A DNA stretch of 63,149 nt, the filler included, from Asterionella formosa (lineage: Eukaryota): NCBI GenBank assembly GCA_002256025.1. It is 11 parts of 11 records of this genome, joined end to end, with 100 filler letters (N's around TTAATTAATTAA, not from the genome) between each part and the next. Parts side by side here need not be neighbours in the genome. Positions count along the whole stretch, not along the records: positions 1 to 26,900 come from NKIB01001620.1; 10 more parts are not named here. One strand, written 5' to 3'. The notes beneath the pieces are model-generated. The model saw nothing but the letters and a program-made list of their open reading frames with translations, was not told the DNA's origin and did not search any database. Both the position numbers and the translations under genes were made by a program. This document shows positions 1-13,375 of this stretch, one piece after another (within the stretch, counting starts at the first letter, position 1; the number at the start of each line of letters is the position of its first letter).

Positions 1-1640
1 AAAAGTACTATCAAATAATGTTGATTACTAATTCAACAACCGGTATTTCACATTACATGGGAAACAAATCTCGATATGCAATCAAACAAAGCTGTTCTAT
101 CAGAATGGAATCTTCAGTCTTGAGAAGGCAGGCATTATGAGACATCTGTAAGGACATTGCAAGACAAGGAGAAGCCATTCATTCAGAAGGGGGAAATTAT
201 TCACTCTTGAACAGGCATCATTCTACGAAGTTGCAACATGAATGCATCCTCACACACTGATTTCCTTCTTGTACTTGAAATGACTTCTTCATTGACCTGC
301 AGAGATTTTCATAACAACAGTGTGTCAGTAATGTATATGATAGAACTAGCAACAGCAGAAAGCAACACACAGTTCATTCCGGACTTCATTGTCCCTGCCT
401 GTTGTCAACAACAATGCGTGAGCTGACAAACCATACTATCATTTAGGTACACAACAAGAACACACTCACCATTCAACTGTATTGCAGAGTTCTTTTATTT
501 GAGTCGAGGATTCAATTGACATTGCAGCAACCTATGCAGTTACAGAAACAATGAGAAGGAATGATTTGTTAGCAAGTAGTCATGTTACATTGAAACAACG
601 ACACGCAATTCCATCGTATCCTCTTGCTTCACTTACCACAAATCAATGCAACTGATGCATAAGTCTGTAATAGTAACTTGTCAGTAAATTCTTGAATAAG
701 TAAGTTTCGGGTATCCAATGTTGTTGAATAAAACTTACCGGTACATTTTTGTCATCTTAACTTTGAGAGAAGGTAAACGTTTTGTCAGCTTTGTTCCAAC
801 AGAAGTGAATAGGTCCAACGAGCAACAAGAGCACTTACGCAATTTGGTTTTGTTTTAAATTGGTGCTCCCCAACAAGCGAAACGAGCTGTTTAATCAACT
901 GAGAAAAAAGGAAATGTGGCTGCGTTTAGTTAACAATTTGTTGTTGTCCTGCTGCCTCCCAACGATTGTCATCCAAGTACCACGTTGATGGCTTCATTGC
1001 CTTAAACATTCTCCGTCCTTCGAATGCGCAATGTGTCGAAGTCACAATGTTTTTCGTTATGTATTGCGAAAATTTTCTTTTCTTTTAATGTGCGTTACTA
1101 CGACGTATCTTTTCATGAAGCAGCAGGCATTGTTTGTTAACATGGCAGAGGGAGTGCAATTTCTGGTGATTTTCTTCTAGATCTCTAGTTCATGTCAGAA
1201 ACTCACTTTTTGCTTTACTTTGTTGTGAGCTTCCTACTTCTGGACTAAGATCCAGCTTTAGATCCATTTTAAATCTTTTCAACTTCTACCGCTTCCAAAG
1301 TAATGCTGTGGTCCTTGACAGCCACCGTTCTTACAACACCACATATTTGGAGCAGGATAATTGTTGCAGTCACTCATGAGACTCGACTCAAATGATCTCT
1401 TCGCTATTTGTCAATAAGGAGAGGAGCATGCAACTTTTTCACGAGAATGCGGACTAATTCGCGAATGCCATCTACTCATTAGTGAGACACAATCGCAATG
1501 GTAAAACGGATGAACAAATATAGTAGAACTAATAACTAGACATGCTAATCGAAGATTGAAAAGCTGGGCCAAAGCCATTTTCAGATATTCAAAACCTCCT
1601 TTATGATGTCCTGACCGGACTCGAGGGGTGTAGTGCAATG
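1..1640 (-). mobile_element. Possible degraded MULE/Mutator-like transposase remnant
   Basis: Minus-strand translation near 410-480 gives a frameshifted CSCC..YGL..H SWIM-like zinc-finger pattern. The region has many stops and no intact ORF. Family assignment is from memory of motifs only. Confidence 0.3.
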
Positions 1641-1768
1641 GAAGGCAATTGACCCTTTGCGAGTGGTCAGATCTAGAAATAATAGTGTCTCAGAGAATGT
1701 ACAAAAATCCGAGGCTGAAACATGACAATAGAAAATGCAAAGAATACTCTAAAATCAGCAATTCATCT

Positions 1769-3473
1769 TTACGGAAATGGATAGCCTCCAAAGCGCCTTG
1801 GTTTTGCTTCAGGTGCAGACCCTGGCGCAGCAAGTTGGGATAGAACCATTGGATCTCGACATCCAAAAAAGTGAGCAAGTGCGAACGACGGCCCAACAAT
1901 TTGCCCAGTTTGGTTTTGCCTGGATGAATTAAGCACACCCAGAAGGCTTAGAGCTTCTTGCTTGGACTGAGCAGAAAGGCTACTGAGTAGCTGTGGCATT
2001 TGCAAATCGGCGGAGGGAGAAGCGTCAGGAGCAGTATTCAAAACATGAATGACATCACTCAAGAGTTCCATTCCACTTAAATATCTAGGTTTTTCTGCCA
2101 CAGGGGACAAAACCGCTGCGGCGGCGGAAGGAGGACCCCTATTCTGAAAAAGACTGGCCTTTGAGGAAGGCTCTCGTGTTTGAGTTGCAGAGGAGCAGTG
2201 ATCAATGCCATGCGATAACATGAGTTGATCGCGGCGAGCTTGTTGCGCTGCTCGGAGTTGTTCCATTTGCATTTTATCATGTGCATGAAGTTGTTCGAGT
2301 TGAATCTGAAGGCTTCTGTGGACCTTAAGTTGTTCGAGCTGATTTTGGGCTTGCCACTGGGCTGGAAAATTTTCGTAGTGATGTTGATCCTTGGTATTGA
2401 TGTAAGATTGAGTGGATTGAACAGCCATCGTTCGTTGCTGTGGAGCTGGAGGTACCGAGATAGGACGCTCGGATTGAGGAGGATCCTTCAGAGGATAATT
2501 ATAGTTTGGACTCTTTTTCGTTTGGAGAGAATCACGACGAATCTTTGGACTGCTCGCAAACACTGTCGGTGGCACCTTTTCTTCCTCACTTTTTTCAGTG
2601 TCGACTGGGTCAACAGGATTCTTCTTGACTCTCTTGCATTCTCTCGATGATACCGAACTTCGCTTCTTCCAATGATTGTCTTCTGGGACTGTATGTGTGT
2701 AAAAATTCGCCTTTCCAACGTCATCATTCCCTCTTGGTAGATTTTCTGATTCGAAGTGGTTGGTAATGTCGTTGATCTCCGTTGTAGATGGCGACTCCGT
2801 CGCTAGTGGCGATAGTACTGGGGTGGCATTCTTCTGTCTCGTGACTGCATCGGCCATGTACGGGGAATTGAGTTTATTTTTAGTAACATATTTAACGCCG
2901 GATCGAAGAATAGCGAATGCTTCAAATTCCTTGACAATTTCATCTGCGTCAGGAGGACAGTATTTCGATCCATCGAAAAATTGAACATCACGAAGAGCGT
3001 GACTGACTGTGGATATCGCAAGGCGGCAGTGGAATTTGAAGGGTGTGAGCTCAGGGTGTTGGAATTAGCAATTTCTTCACGAAAGACTTCAATGAACGCT
3101 GACCTTTATCGTTTAACACTTTCAAGTCCAAAATCTCAACATAAGTCCCATCGTCTAGTCTCTTCAGGAAGCGAACCTTCTTTTCGAGTCGGAGGAAGGC
3201 CAGCAAACGCTTAACAATCTGCCCTTTACCACCTCGAGTTTTGTTCGTGTAAGCCTTAATATTGGCCAAAATGAGCTTTTGAAATATCAGATTACCCGAA
3301 TGCTGTTGAGAGTTTTTAGCTCGACCCATAAGAATATCGAGGTGGCCTGGGTCGCCATTTATGACGCTTCCAACTTCCTCCGAAGAAGCTTCACTGCTGA
3401 CACTAATGGAAGGCTGATTCTGATTCGTCTTGAATGATGGTGACCCTGCTGGCGATTCTGATCGCAGAGCCAT
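1769..3473 (-). CDS. DUF6824-domain protein (diatom-expanded family), 2 exons: 3473-3104 and 3006-1769
   Basis: Exon 1 has DILMGR..HSGN..F..LI...Y....K..IV...RFLK. Removing the 97-nt GTCAGC...CCACAG intron (3103-3007, CTCAC branch site) restores the family motif KVSHALRD and joins in frame with ORF 1769..2857. The start codon is uncertain (3473 or 3530). Confidence 0.8.
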
Positions 3474-4677
3474 GGGAGAGTCAGCATTAATGTACCGAGA
3501 CTGCGCAAAGGACTGACAGAATCCAAACATTGCTGCTTGCACTTCTAAGAGTCGAGCTTGCAATACGATTGCGGCCCTCAGCAAATCAATCCAATGCGAG
3601 GCGATGGAACGAGGGGAGGCAAAGCAATCATGCAATTTGAAACACGATCAGCGCCAAGTCCAAGGGAACTTGATTAATTTTTTTCTTTGTTGCAGCTGAA
3701 GTATGTTAAATGCAAATTTCTATCGGCGAAAAAAAAACACTTGAAACAAAACATCAAAGTACCATCGTGGTTTTTGTAGTGGTGTGTGAAACAAAGTACT
3801 GGATGTTCCTCGCAAAAGTTCTTGGAAGCATGTGTTGCATGCATGACTCCTTCATTCGCGTTGCTTGTTTGAGTTAAATTCTACATATGTTATTTGTTTC
3901 GTCAGTAGCCACGTGTTCTCGACGAGGCTCAATTCAATTTTTCCGTGGTTCTGACAAACAAGGAATAAAGGGACGCACATGCCGAGCTAAAGAAGTCGCA
4001 GGAATGCAGCAGAATGCCTTCCTCGCATGGAACCAGGTACTAATGACGTTTGACTTTCTTTAGCCGACTGTTCATAATACATACAGTAAGTATAAGAATA
4101 GGTACCAGGTACTAAGAACCTGGTATTTTTGTAGGACTACATACGTCTGCATTACCAATTTCTAATTTAGGAACAGTTGCTTTAGAAGGTAAAAGGAGTC
4201 ATAAATCGAAATGCCTAAGATACAGTATGGATACGAATACCGGTACCAGGTAGAGTGTTGGAGAAGTCATAATTCGAAATGCCTGTTATGTTACCAGTTG
4301 CGGTCATAAATTTCGGATAAAAACAGCAGTAATCTTCAGTTCAGCAAAATTACCGCAACTTGCAAATATAGGTACCCTTACCTGGTATACATAGTACCAT
4401 TACTCGGTTCAACAACGTTGGAAGTACCAGGGTACTCCTACCACCTTGCACTGTAGAATAAAGAAATGAGCCGATCCCAAGCAGTGTTGACGAGGCGGTC
4501 TGAATGTCATGTTTTTGTCGCACAATCTTTTCCCTCGGAGTACCGCTATATCCGACCAAGGAAAATATTATTACTTGGTGCTATGCATTATTTATGATAT
4601 CGAAATAACTGTATCCGATGATACAGCCTGTCATACTCCGACAACATCCACTTTGTCTTAGTATACCAGGTACTGTA

Positions 4678-4770
4678 CCTGCAAGTTGCGGTAAATGTGC
4701 TGAAACCAAAACTTTAGCTTTCTTTATCCCATATTAAACTGCTTATTTATGCAAAATGACCGCGAGTTGC
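4678..4770 (+). repeat. ~90-bp dispersed MITE-like repeat starting TA|CCTGCAAGTTGCGGTAA
   Basis: Near-identical inverted copy at 46341-46432. Related copy at 4295-4365, and end motifs at about 30798-30818 and 60344-60363. Contains an internal GTTGCGGT...ACCGC inverted repeat. Confidence 0.7.
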
Positions 4771-5070
4771 TGTTACTATGAGGTAGTCGTTTATGCATTT
4801 GAAACGGCATTTATATTTTATTGTCGCCCTGCAAAATATTTTAGACTCCTCTGTAGGGACACATGTCTACATTCGATAGGCATCACGCCCAAGGCACACT
4901 TTGAAGCAAAACGATAGTATCTCTTTTGGTATACAGGTATTGTTGAATGATTCTGTAGGTAGGTTGGATAGTCTCAAATTGAATTGCCAGTAGTCAAATT
5001 CCTTATGTATGACTGGTGTGCCTCCGAGAAGTGGTCAGTGAAAGCATATTGCAAAGCAGCATACCGGGTA

Positions 5071-8000
5071 CCACCTAAAAACTGAAAGTCAACATTTGGA
5101 AGATTTTGAACTGAGAGTCAACGTTAAATCGAGTAAATTCACGTTTTGGACTGATTATGCTAGATACGACCATACTTATTCAAGCATGTTGTAGCGATTT
5201 ATATACTAATCAATAATGATTGTGCTTTGAACTCGTCAATTAGCTAGCGATACTTCCATATTTAGTCCCAAAGGTTGCTGTCGATGAGAAATGGCTGGGA
5301 TGAAAAAGCTAAATTAATTTTTACTCCATTCAGCTGGCATCACTTTTTTAATACATAAACATTTACTATTCAAATATCTGTTGGCTAGAAAATAAATTTA
5401 GTGTCTGAATAGGATAGTTTGTCAGTTCATAAGAATATGCAACAATGTCATTGTTGCATGCTCCTGTGCACCATAACAAATTGATGTCATTCAAAATGGA
5501 GAACAACATCAACTGCGAATTCCTGGCTGGTGTGCCGCCTAACTAACAAAAATGACATGAAATATAATAATGAAACACACCACAATCACCCATAAAACCA
5601 TGATGAAATTGGGAGCTACTAAGAATGACAAAGCCTTGCAGGCTGCAAAGAAGAGCAGGATATCTTCCAAGGAACAGCAAACCATACAGATCATTCTAAA
5701 CAACATCGTGAGAGAGCTTGAAGTTCACAAAGTTAACAATGGTGGAAGAATGCCATATGGTGCTATTTCTGAAGTTATCCTTGCTAAACAGAAAAATTTA
5801 CCTTGGTTAATTATTCATCAAGTAAGAAATCAAACTATTCATCAAGTAAAACAACAATTAAAGAAAACTGCGCAGCTAGAAGTTAAGTCTACTGGTACTA
5901 CTGCTTGTACTGGTGGTGGAGGTGCTGCTGCTGCAACTCCTTCCATATCAACAACAACCACACTTTCAACATTGACACACCCGGAATGTGAATATGGAAC
6001 ACACTTTCCCCCCTCATCATTGCCAATGACCAGCAATATGATCATGCATAGTTCATTTGAAGTTCAAGAGGATGAAAAAGATGAGGGTCAATACAAGAGT
6101 AAGTTAACAGAGAAGGAGGGGACTGCAAACAATGATAAGGTAGACAAGAAGAAACAATCATTGCTAGCAACATGACACAACACAACAAACACATACCAAG
6201 AGGAACACTTGCCTTTATTATCATATTATCAAAGGAAAAGAATGGGATATCAGAGAGTGTTTCAATTAAATGTGAGACAGAACAAAGTAGAGCATTTAGA
6301 AAGAAGAGTGAGCAAGTGCATGGGCAAAGTTCTCCAATGTCTGAAATCGAGCCTTACCTTGTTGAACTCATACAGCAGTTGTCACGAAAGAGAGTCTGCC
6401 TGTTGCAGAAGGGTTGTTGCTTGCCGATTCTCTGATTGCTGGCAAAGAAACAAAGAAGATCCTTGACCAGTGGAGGGAAAAGCATAGCATGCCATTTAGA
6501 CTCAACAAAAAACAGGAGCTTGGCAAAGGATATTGGCGGGGTTTCATGACGAGAAATTCACAGCTAATCACTTCAAAGCGAGGAGTGAAATTCGAAAGCA
6601 AGCGAGCAGACGACTGGTGCATCTATCTTTCATTTTCTTCCATGTACGACGAAGTGTACAAAGAGTGGCCTCAACCAAAGATGCCCATTTCACCGTCCTA
6701 GGCTTCACTGCAGCCAACGGAAATCCAGTTCTATGTCCAATCATCTTCGCTTCAAAAGCCTTGGAGGAAGAATGGGTTCTTGGTCTGGATCCATTTGCTG
6801 CATGTGAGGGAGAAGAGGGAGACATACAAGGATATAGAGGCAAAGGAAAACGATACCCACAAGGACCAGTCTGTGTAGTTGATGGAAAAAGCTTTCCAAC
6901 ACATTGTTGTGATAGTGAAAGTGGCTCAATTGCAGCACCAGAACTCCTGGTTGGAATGCTAAATCACATTGATAACTCTGGGTTGAAGGGAACCTTGTCG
7001 TTAAAAAAGGTGAGCTACAATATTATGACTATTCTATTTCTGTGGTCAGTGTGTGATCATCACAATACTGGTATGTATCGGATCTGGTGGCTATGCTGGT
7101 ACTGAATGTATGGCGCATGCATGGTATGTTGTACCCAGGGATTAACACTCTGGACTCTCCCCTTGTGAAAATGGCCCCCTGCCATTTCTAATTCTGGATG
7201 GACATGGATCTCGCTTTGACCTACTATTTTTGGTATATATCAACAACCCAGCACACAAATGGACAGTCTGTATTGGAGTAACCTATGGAACCAGTTACTG
7301 GCAAGTTGGAGACAGAAGTGAGCAAAATGGAGCATTTAAGATGAACCTGACAAGGGCAAGACGAGAATTACTTCCATTAAAAGGGGAAGGCAGACAAGAG
7401 CTTGTTATTAATTAGGTCGATATTGTTGGGCTAGTAAACACTGCGTCGGAAAATCTTTTGCAAGTGTGAGAACCAACAAGAAAGACAATATCAGAGCAAG
7501 GATGGGGTCCCTTGATCTACAATGTCCTGTTGCATCCCGAAATTCAAACAACCAGGACAATCTGAACCCATCAATGAAGTTCTCACTGCAGCAACCACAA
7601 ACACACTCCCAGGTGAATTGAATCTCCGATATGGTTATGCTGGTACAGTTGTTGAAAGAATAAATGACTTCTGTAAACGTGAAAACGTGAAAACGCTCAA
7701 AATGGGGTTAACCAGGAAGAGCAAGCAAGAAAACGAAAAGAAATGGCAGATTCGCACATTGAGGGGCACAAGAAGAGGATCACTGCTGGTCTACTAGCAT
7801 CAGCAAAATTGTTTGCACTTGGACCAAATATTCTGGCTGCCACTCAGCAACGGAAGAAAAGGCAAGATGATGTGATACATGCAAAAGGAGTAAAAAGTCA
7901 CAAGATTTTGCGGCACTTGAAATGAAAGTTCTGGCTTTGAAGGAACACAACAAAACAGATGAGCAGATGTCTGTGGCAGATTTAAGATTTTTGGTGCGAT

Positions 8001-8645
8001 GATACGGGCCCCAAGGCTACTTATCATCGCCACAAACAAGATCAGGGCTACTTACCAGATGCATGGAAACTAATCAGCAAGGCAACCAGTACCAGCCACC
8101 ATTCCTGCTTGTTGCGTATTCTCTTCTCCCTGTCGCTGTTTCTGTTGCTGCTGCCGCCCTTGCTGTAAAGCAACCATCACAGGATGCGGCTGCTTAATTG
8201 TGTGCATGCACTGTGATAGTTCAAGGGAAAACCTGACAGCAGATGCAAAGGTGAAGTGATCGATGTGCAACGCATGTCAGAAAAATTAACAGAAGAAATC
8301 GCTTTAATTCTGATGTGCACAACCAGGCATGATAAAGTAATAAGAAAAGGTTTTGAGGTAACAATCGAGTTTAAAAGAAACGGTTTGGGAAAAAAATCTT
8401 CATGTATATATTAGAAAATAGGTACTGAGAGGTCAACGCACGTTATGAGTCAAAATAGGTACAATTCAATTGCTTAGATCTCCATAAATATATGTTCTAC
8501 TTTAGAAATGATTAAATGATTGCTATCCCCTTTCTATCGACTACAATAAAGGACGTACTTTGTTGGAATTTTATCATTTAAGAGAATTCGATAATTTTAG
8601 TCGAAAGAAGGAGTAATGAAATGTATACTCTCAGCTTTTAGGTGG
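5071..8645 (+). mobile_element. Degenerate pogo/Tc1-mariner-type (DDE_1-like) DNA transposon with TIRs and TA target duplication
   Basis: Left TIR CCACCTAAAAACTGAAAGTCAACAT (5071) matches the reverse complement of 8621-8645, CCACCTAAAAGCTGAGAGTATACAT. TA flanks both ends. A frameshifted transposase spans 5570-~8100 with HFTVLGFTAANG.PVLC, PFLILDGHGSRF (7182-7217) and YGTSYWQVGD.SEQNG.FK. Confidence 0.85.
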
Positions 8646-8647
8646 TA

Positions 8648-9530
8648 CCGGGTGATTCATGGGGCACTGCAGTTTTGGATAATGATACTGCTCCAGACAC
8701 AGTATCAGCAAACCAGTATACTGTCATTCTATATTCCAAATACCAAACCATTCTAAATTTTGCCAGTAGGCTACACTGGTCTTGTCGCTATATTGTACAA
8801 CAAGTCTTCAATACTTTCGAGAAAGGGCTACAACAATGCTGGTTTGCTAACCGTCCAGTCCGTTGGAAAGGTAAAACTCCACAATAGGGCGATAAAATCG
8901 GACAAGCAGCAATACAAGAATTTTTTAAACCAACAGGACATTGGTTGGAACCAGGCGGTGTGGGGAAGGATCAGCAGACAATAGGGAATCGCAAATGACC
9001 TTTATTGTAAAGAAAGAAAGATACATCATGACGATGCAAGAGACAAACAATTGACTACCAAACTGGTGTCATCACTGTGGCAGTATGGCATTGCTTGCTG
9101 GAGGTCTAGGAATCAATTATTTTATGGAGAAAACGAGACACAACAGGCTGTCATTACTATGGAGACCAAAGTTAACACCCTGGTCAAGCACCTGTTTGTG
9201 ATGAAAGAGATGATCAACCCATGCGATTCAACTTTGTTTATCTTACTTGAAAAGTTTTGCCGAAAACATCTCACAGTAGGACAAAAACTTTTAAGGATTA
9301 AAACAGTCAACATCTCTATTCAGGTATGGCATCGGGAATGTGGAATTACCCAGGGAGACAGTGCTTGGCTCTGTCTTGCACATCAGATTGAAAAACTTGT
9401 AGTCCATTGGCCCAGCAGGGTGTGGTGGTTCAGAACCGGACGGGACTAAATTCTCATCTTGTGTCTCATAGGCCCAAGTGCGATTAGATGTTAAGATTTA
9501 ACGTTCTATAAAACCTCACTTAAATATATA
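8648..9530 (+). mobile_element. 3' fragment of a non-LTR retrotransposon (LINE) ORF2
   Basis: QQDIGWNQAVWGRIS...TKLVSSLWQYGIACWRSRN resembles the C-terminus of diatom LINE ORF2 and is interrupted by stops. It may continue 5' of the pogo element (about 4850-5068). Confidence 0.6.
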
Positions 9531-9823
9531 TATATGGTCTTGCCACCATACTGTTATGTAGGAATCTTACAGAAAATCCGGAATGTCTTTTAAGGCATTT
9601 GAGAGCGAAATACCTGTTCATGATTACGGGTGGTATGTAGGCTAGCGACACCAGAGTAGATTGCATTAAAGCGTAAAATCACATCATGCATAACCTTTTG
9701 TATATAGCTATTTGCTTATGTAGCTTCCATGATTGCCAGCTGCATCCTTCGTTATCATAGGCTAAAAAAGTAATTGCGCGTGACTGAGAATAAGAATACT
9801 GCAGCCTTTGGTAGCAGTATCAA

Positions 9824-9900
9824 TATACTGGTATACGGTACTGTCATTTCAATATCGAAATACTTAACTGTTTGCCAATTGAATACGGTACACCAGTATA
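9824..9900. repeat. Short hairpin-type dispersed repeat (copy 1)
   Basis: Arms TATACTGGTATA and TACACCAGTATA surround GAAATACTTAACTGTTTGCCAA. An inverted homolog lies at 62932-62991. Confidence 0.55.
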
Positions 9901-10007
9901 CTGTCTTTCTCTAATAAATCCCGAACTATGCATTACTGCAGTGTAACAAATGATCACCAACCTACCGGTATGCCTCTGAGCATCGACCTTCTGGTAGGTA
10001 CCAGGCA

Positions 10008-12611
10008 CCAGTTAAAAACTGTAAGCCACCACTATGACGACTTTTGAACTGTAAGCCAGCCACCGCTAAACGGAGTAAACGCACGGTTTGAACTTAGTTT
10101 GGAAGATACATTAATTATTGTCACGAAGGAGTTGTACAGATTTATATATTAAGTAAATACTTCCGTACTTGTATGTGCAACAACCGTAGAAGGTATACCG
10201 AAAGACAATTATTATTTTCATGTTATAATTATGATAGTGGCTTGTTGTATTTGGTTTCCCGCAAATATTTGACTGGCCCGCCAATGTGAAATAGCAGTTG
10301 GCGATATGTACATTAATGCAATGAATATACGTATGTTAAATTGGTTTCGATTAATTTATTTAAATGCTAATAATTCAATTACAGAAACAGAGTATATATT
10401 CACGTCTATGTAACTCATAAAAAACGCATTTTTTCGAGTAAGCCGACCCTCACGTAGAAATTTGGTATTTGGCTACATAATCCTTCATATGCAAACAGTA
10501 AAGACACTGGTGGTGCTGGCGAATCGATGCAGCTGTTACTAGACAGAGGGACTAGTTATAAATGGCTTCGAGCCATGTTGTTACCGATATCGTTTTCCGC
10601 CCGACTAATTCTAGAAATATGCGAAAATCGATCCCCTCTTTCGCCCTTTGGCACGATATTAGTTTGTTCATTAAGCTCCATGAGAAATAGTAGATCATTT
10701 TTCACTTGAACATATATTAATTGAGATTTATCCATTTTAAAAGTGATAAAACCGGTTGAAGTGGGTCAAAGCCATTGATTTACAATTTTACCATACATGT
10801 AGTTACTTTGTTTATAGGTGACAGTTCGAAAATATTACATCATTTGCATGTTTTTCGCAGTAGTTGCATCGTTCTTATAATGGTGGTGTTACCATTTTAT
10901 CTTGTCGTTTCCATCAAAAACTCCTCGCATTTTTCGCAGTAGTCATTGCATTGTTGTTAGACTGGTGGTCCTCCCATCATATCTTGTCATGTAATAGGGG
11001 TGACCGGAGGGTGAGGAAGTGGCGCCATTACAGTTGCGATTGGTACTGCAGTGTTGCGACACAGCACCATGGTGTCATGGTGTCATGGTATCTGGTAAGT
11101 AAAAGTTGCTTCGTTTCTGGTAATGGAAGATTGCCTGCTTGCTTGTACCATGTTATCATTGCTTTCGTTTGCGCAACTGTCCACTCAGCTGGCTGGTTTT
11201 TAGAGTTCTGATTGCATAAACCTTGTTTGAAAGCGCCATGTGTGCATCTATTTTCTTATTCTCTCTCTCACTCTGCACTTCTTCCGTATGCCTCTTCCTT
11301 TTCAGATGATCATCAACCACTTCAGGAACCAACAAGTACCTGCTTGCAGCGACATGAAGACCAGCCATCTTTGTATCTTCTATTGCTTTCAATCTCCCTT
11401 AGTGCCTTTTTCATTGGCGGGCAAGTTTGTCTAAATTTATTCCATGTCTAGCATTCTCATGATTACGATACTGTATGATCTGATCAACAAGGGTTCCATT
11501 GATGCCTTGACTCAAGTTTAGTCCAGTTGGGGGAATGGAAGAGATGGGTTGATTACTGTTTCCTTCTGTTTGCAGATTCGAATTACTTGTCAGTTGAATT
11601 TCCGGACGGAGCAACAAGTCAAGTTGTAGTTCAATGAACTCTAACCATGTTCAGCAAAAGCTTTTTGGTTTGCTCAAAGAATTTATTCAAAGCTTTTGAC
11701 ACCAGATCAAAATGTCAAATTTGAACAGCAAATACAGCAAGGCGCCTTTCCTTTTTTGTGAGTAAGTCTCTTGTGCATTTCGTTAGTTGGATATTTAAAC
11801 TTGATTTCACAGTCAGCGTCGAAATTGAGGAGGTCTGTTATGCCAACGACTGTGAATCATTTAGCGTCATAGTAGCAGGTCATTTTACTTGTGAATTAGC
11901 TAGTTCCCTCTCCTGCCTGATTTAGCTTCTGCAAATGGTACTAGACTATAGGTTTTGTTAGCCAAGCCAGCCAGTGTAGCCTCCTTAAATGAAACAATAT
12001 TCGATATTGCATCATATGGTAGTTTTCCATTGCTATTTGCCTTTCAAGTTTCAAAATTCCATAACTATATTGTTTAAAATAAGTGACACTACAGTTTTAT
12101 CTAAAGAATAAGGTATCACCTTGTAATTTTGGATGGTTGAGGCTGTCTCCTTGCTGTAGGTTTCATCATTGTTAATGAGATGACTGCGATTTGCTTCAAT
12201 TTCTGATGTGAATTATGGTCTCTGACATATAAATATGGCGCGATTTTTTTTGGCCTTCAAGAATTATTTTATTGATTTACTAAGAGTGACTCATTGATTC
12301 ATTTATTGCTATAGTACATGGTCCATGGCGGTTAAATGCAACTAAATTTATATTAGATCATATCAAGTTTTCTACACAAATGAATATTTATATTTCCGGG
12401 AGATGCCGGCTCAATGGTGTAATATTGTTTTTGCGTCCTTTGGGCCGATCGCTACTTTCCGACACATTTATCTGATTATCTAAAACACGAGACCTAATCT
12501 ATACCAAGATATATTGTATCCGGCGCAACATCAGAAACAATTTTGTCATACTAGAAATACTATAGTCACAACTTGAAAATTAGAAAAAAATTCAAAACTA
12601 TTTTTAACTGG
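10008..12611 (-). mobile_element. Second, internally deleted pogo-like element with CA target duplication
   Basis: Perfect 11-bp TIR CCAGTTAAAAA (10008-10018) / TTTTTAACTGG (12601-12611), with CA on both sides. Minus-strand peptides LLRPEIQ..GLNLSQG..GTLVDQI and LILNNIV resemble those of the 5071-8645 transposase. Confidence 0.75.
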
Positions 12612-13375
12612 CACCTCGAAGTCCAATGCACATCAAGGGATGGGTGCAAAATCCTTGTAGTAGCTTCCTTGTAGCTGATATAGGACCAAATTTGAGTCAT
12701 TCCTGTACAGCTTCAGTTCCAGCTTGTCCGCTATCAAGCTGAAGTGCTTTTCCATGTGAATCCATTGGTCATGTAGGCATGTATCTGCCAAGCTCAACAC
12801 AATATAGATCATAGATAAACCAAATCAAGTTCTTCCACTCCGCTTGATGTGTCTAGCGGTAGCGCTGCTCAAGGCAGAGATATTAAAAAATCAAGCGGCT
12901 TGGGAAATTGTTCTTTTGTTGAGTAAACCAACTGGACAATACTGACATGGTCAACGTGATTTTAACAAGCGTTTTAACGTACAAAATGTTATTATATACA
13001 ATAGGATGAGGGGTTTTGCTAACACTAGTAGGTCTACAGGGTCTAACTGGCGGCCCCAGAAATTCTACCTAGCCATACTGGTATATAGATAACAGCATAT
13101 GTATTTTATGATTGCTGCATTTTGTTCTAATTTGTACAAAGAATGGCTATGATTGTATGTTACTATGTTCAACACCGGTACTCTTGTTTTTTAAATATGA
13201 CCTGCTCCCACTTTTAGTATTGATCCAGAATCGACGAAGAAAATTCAAGTTGAAGCGAGGTGCCAGATTAGAAATTAAGAATGAATTCCGAAATATTATA
13301 TTATAGTATTGGAAATTAGGAGATGACCTGAAAACAAGAAGAAATCTCAATGACATGTCTTTTCTATCCTCCAAA

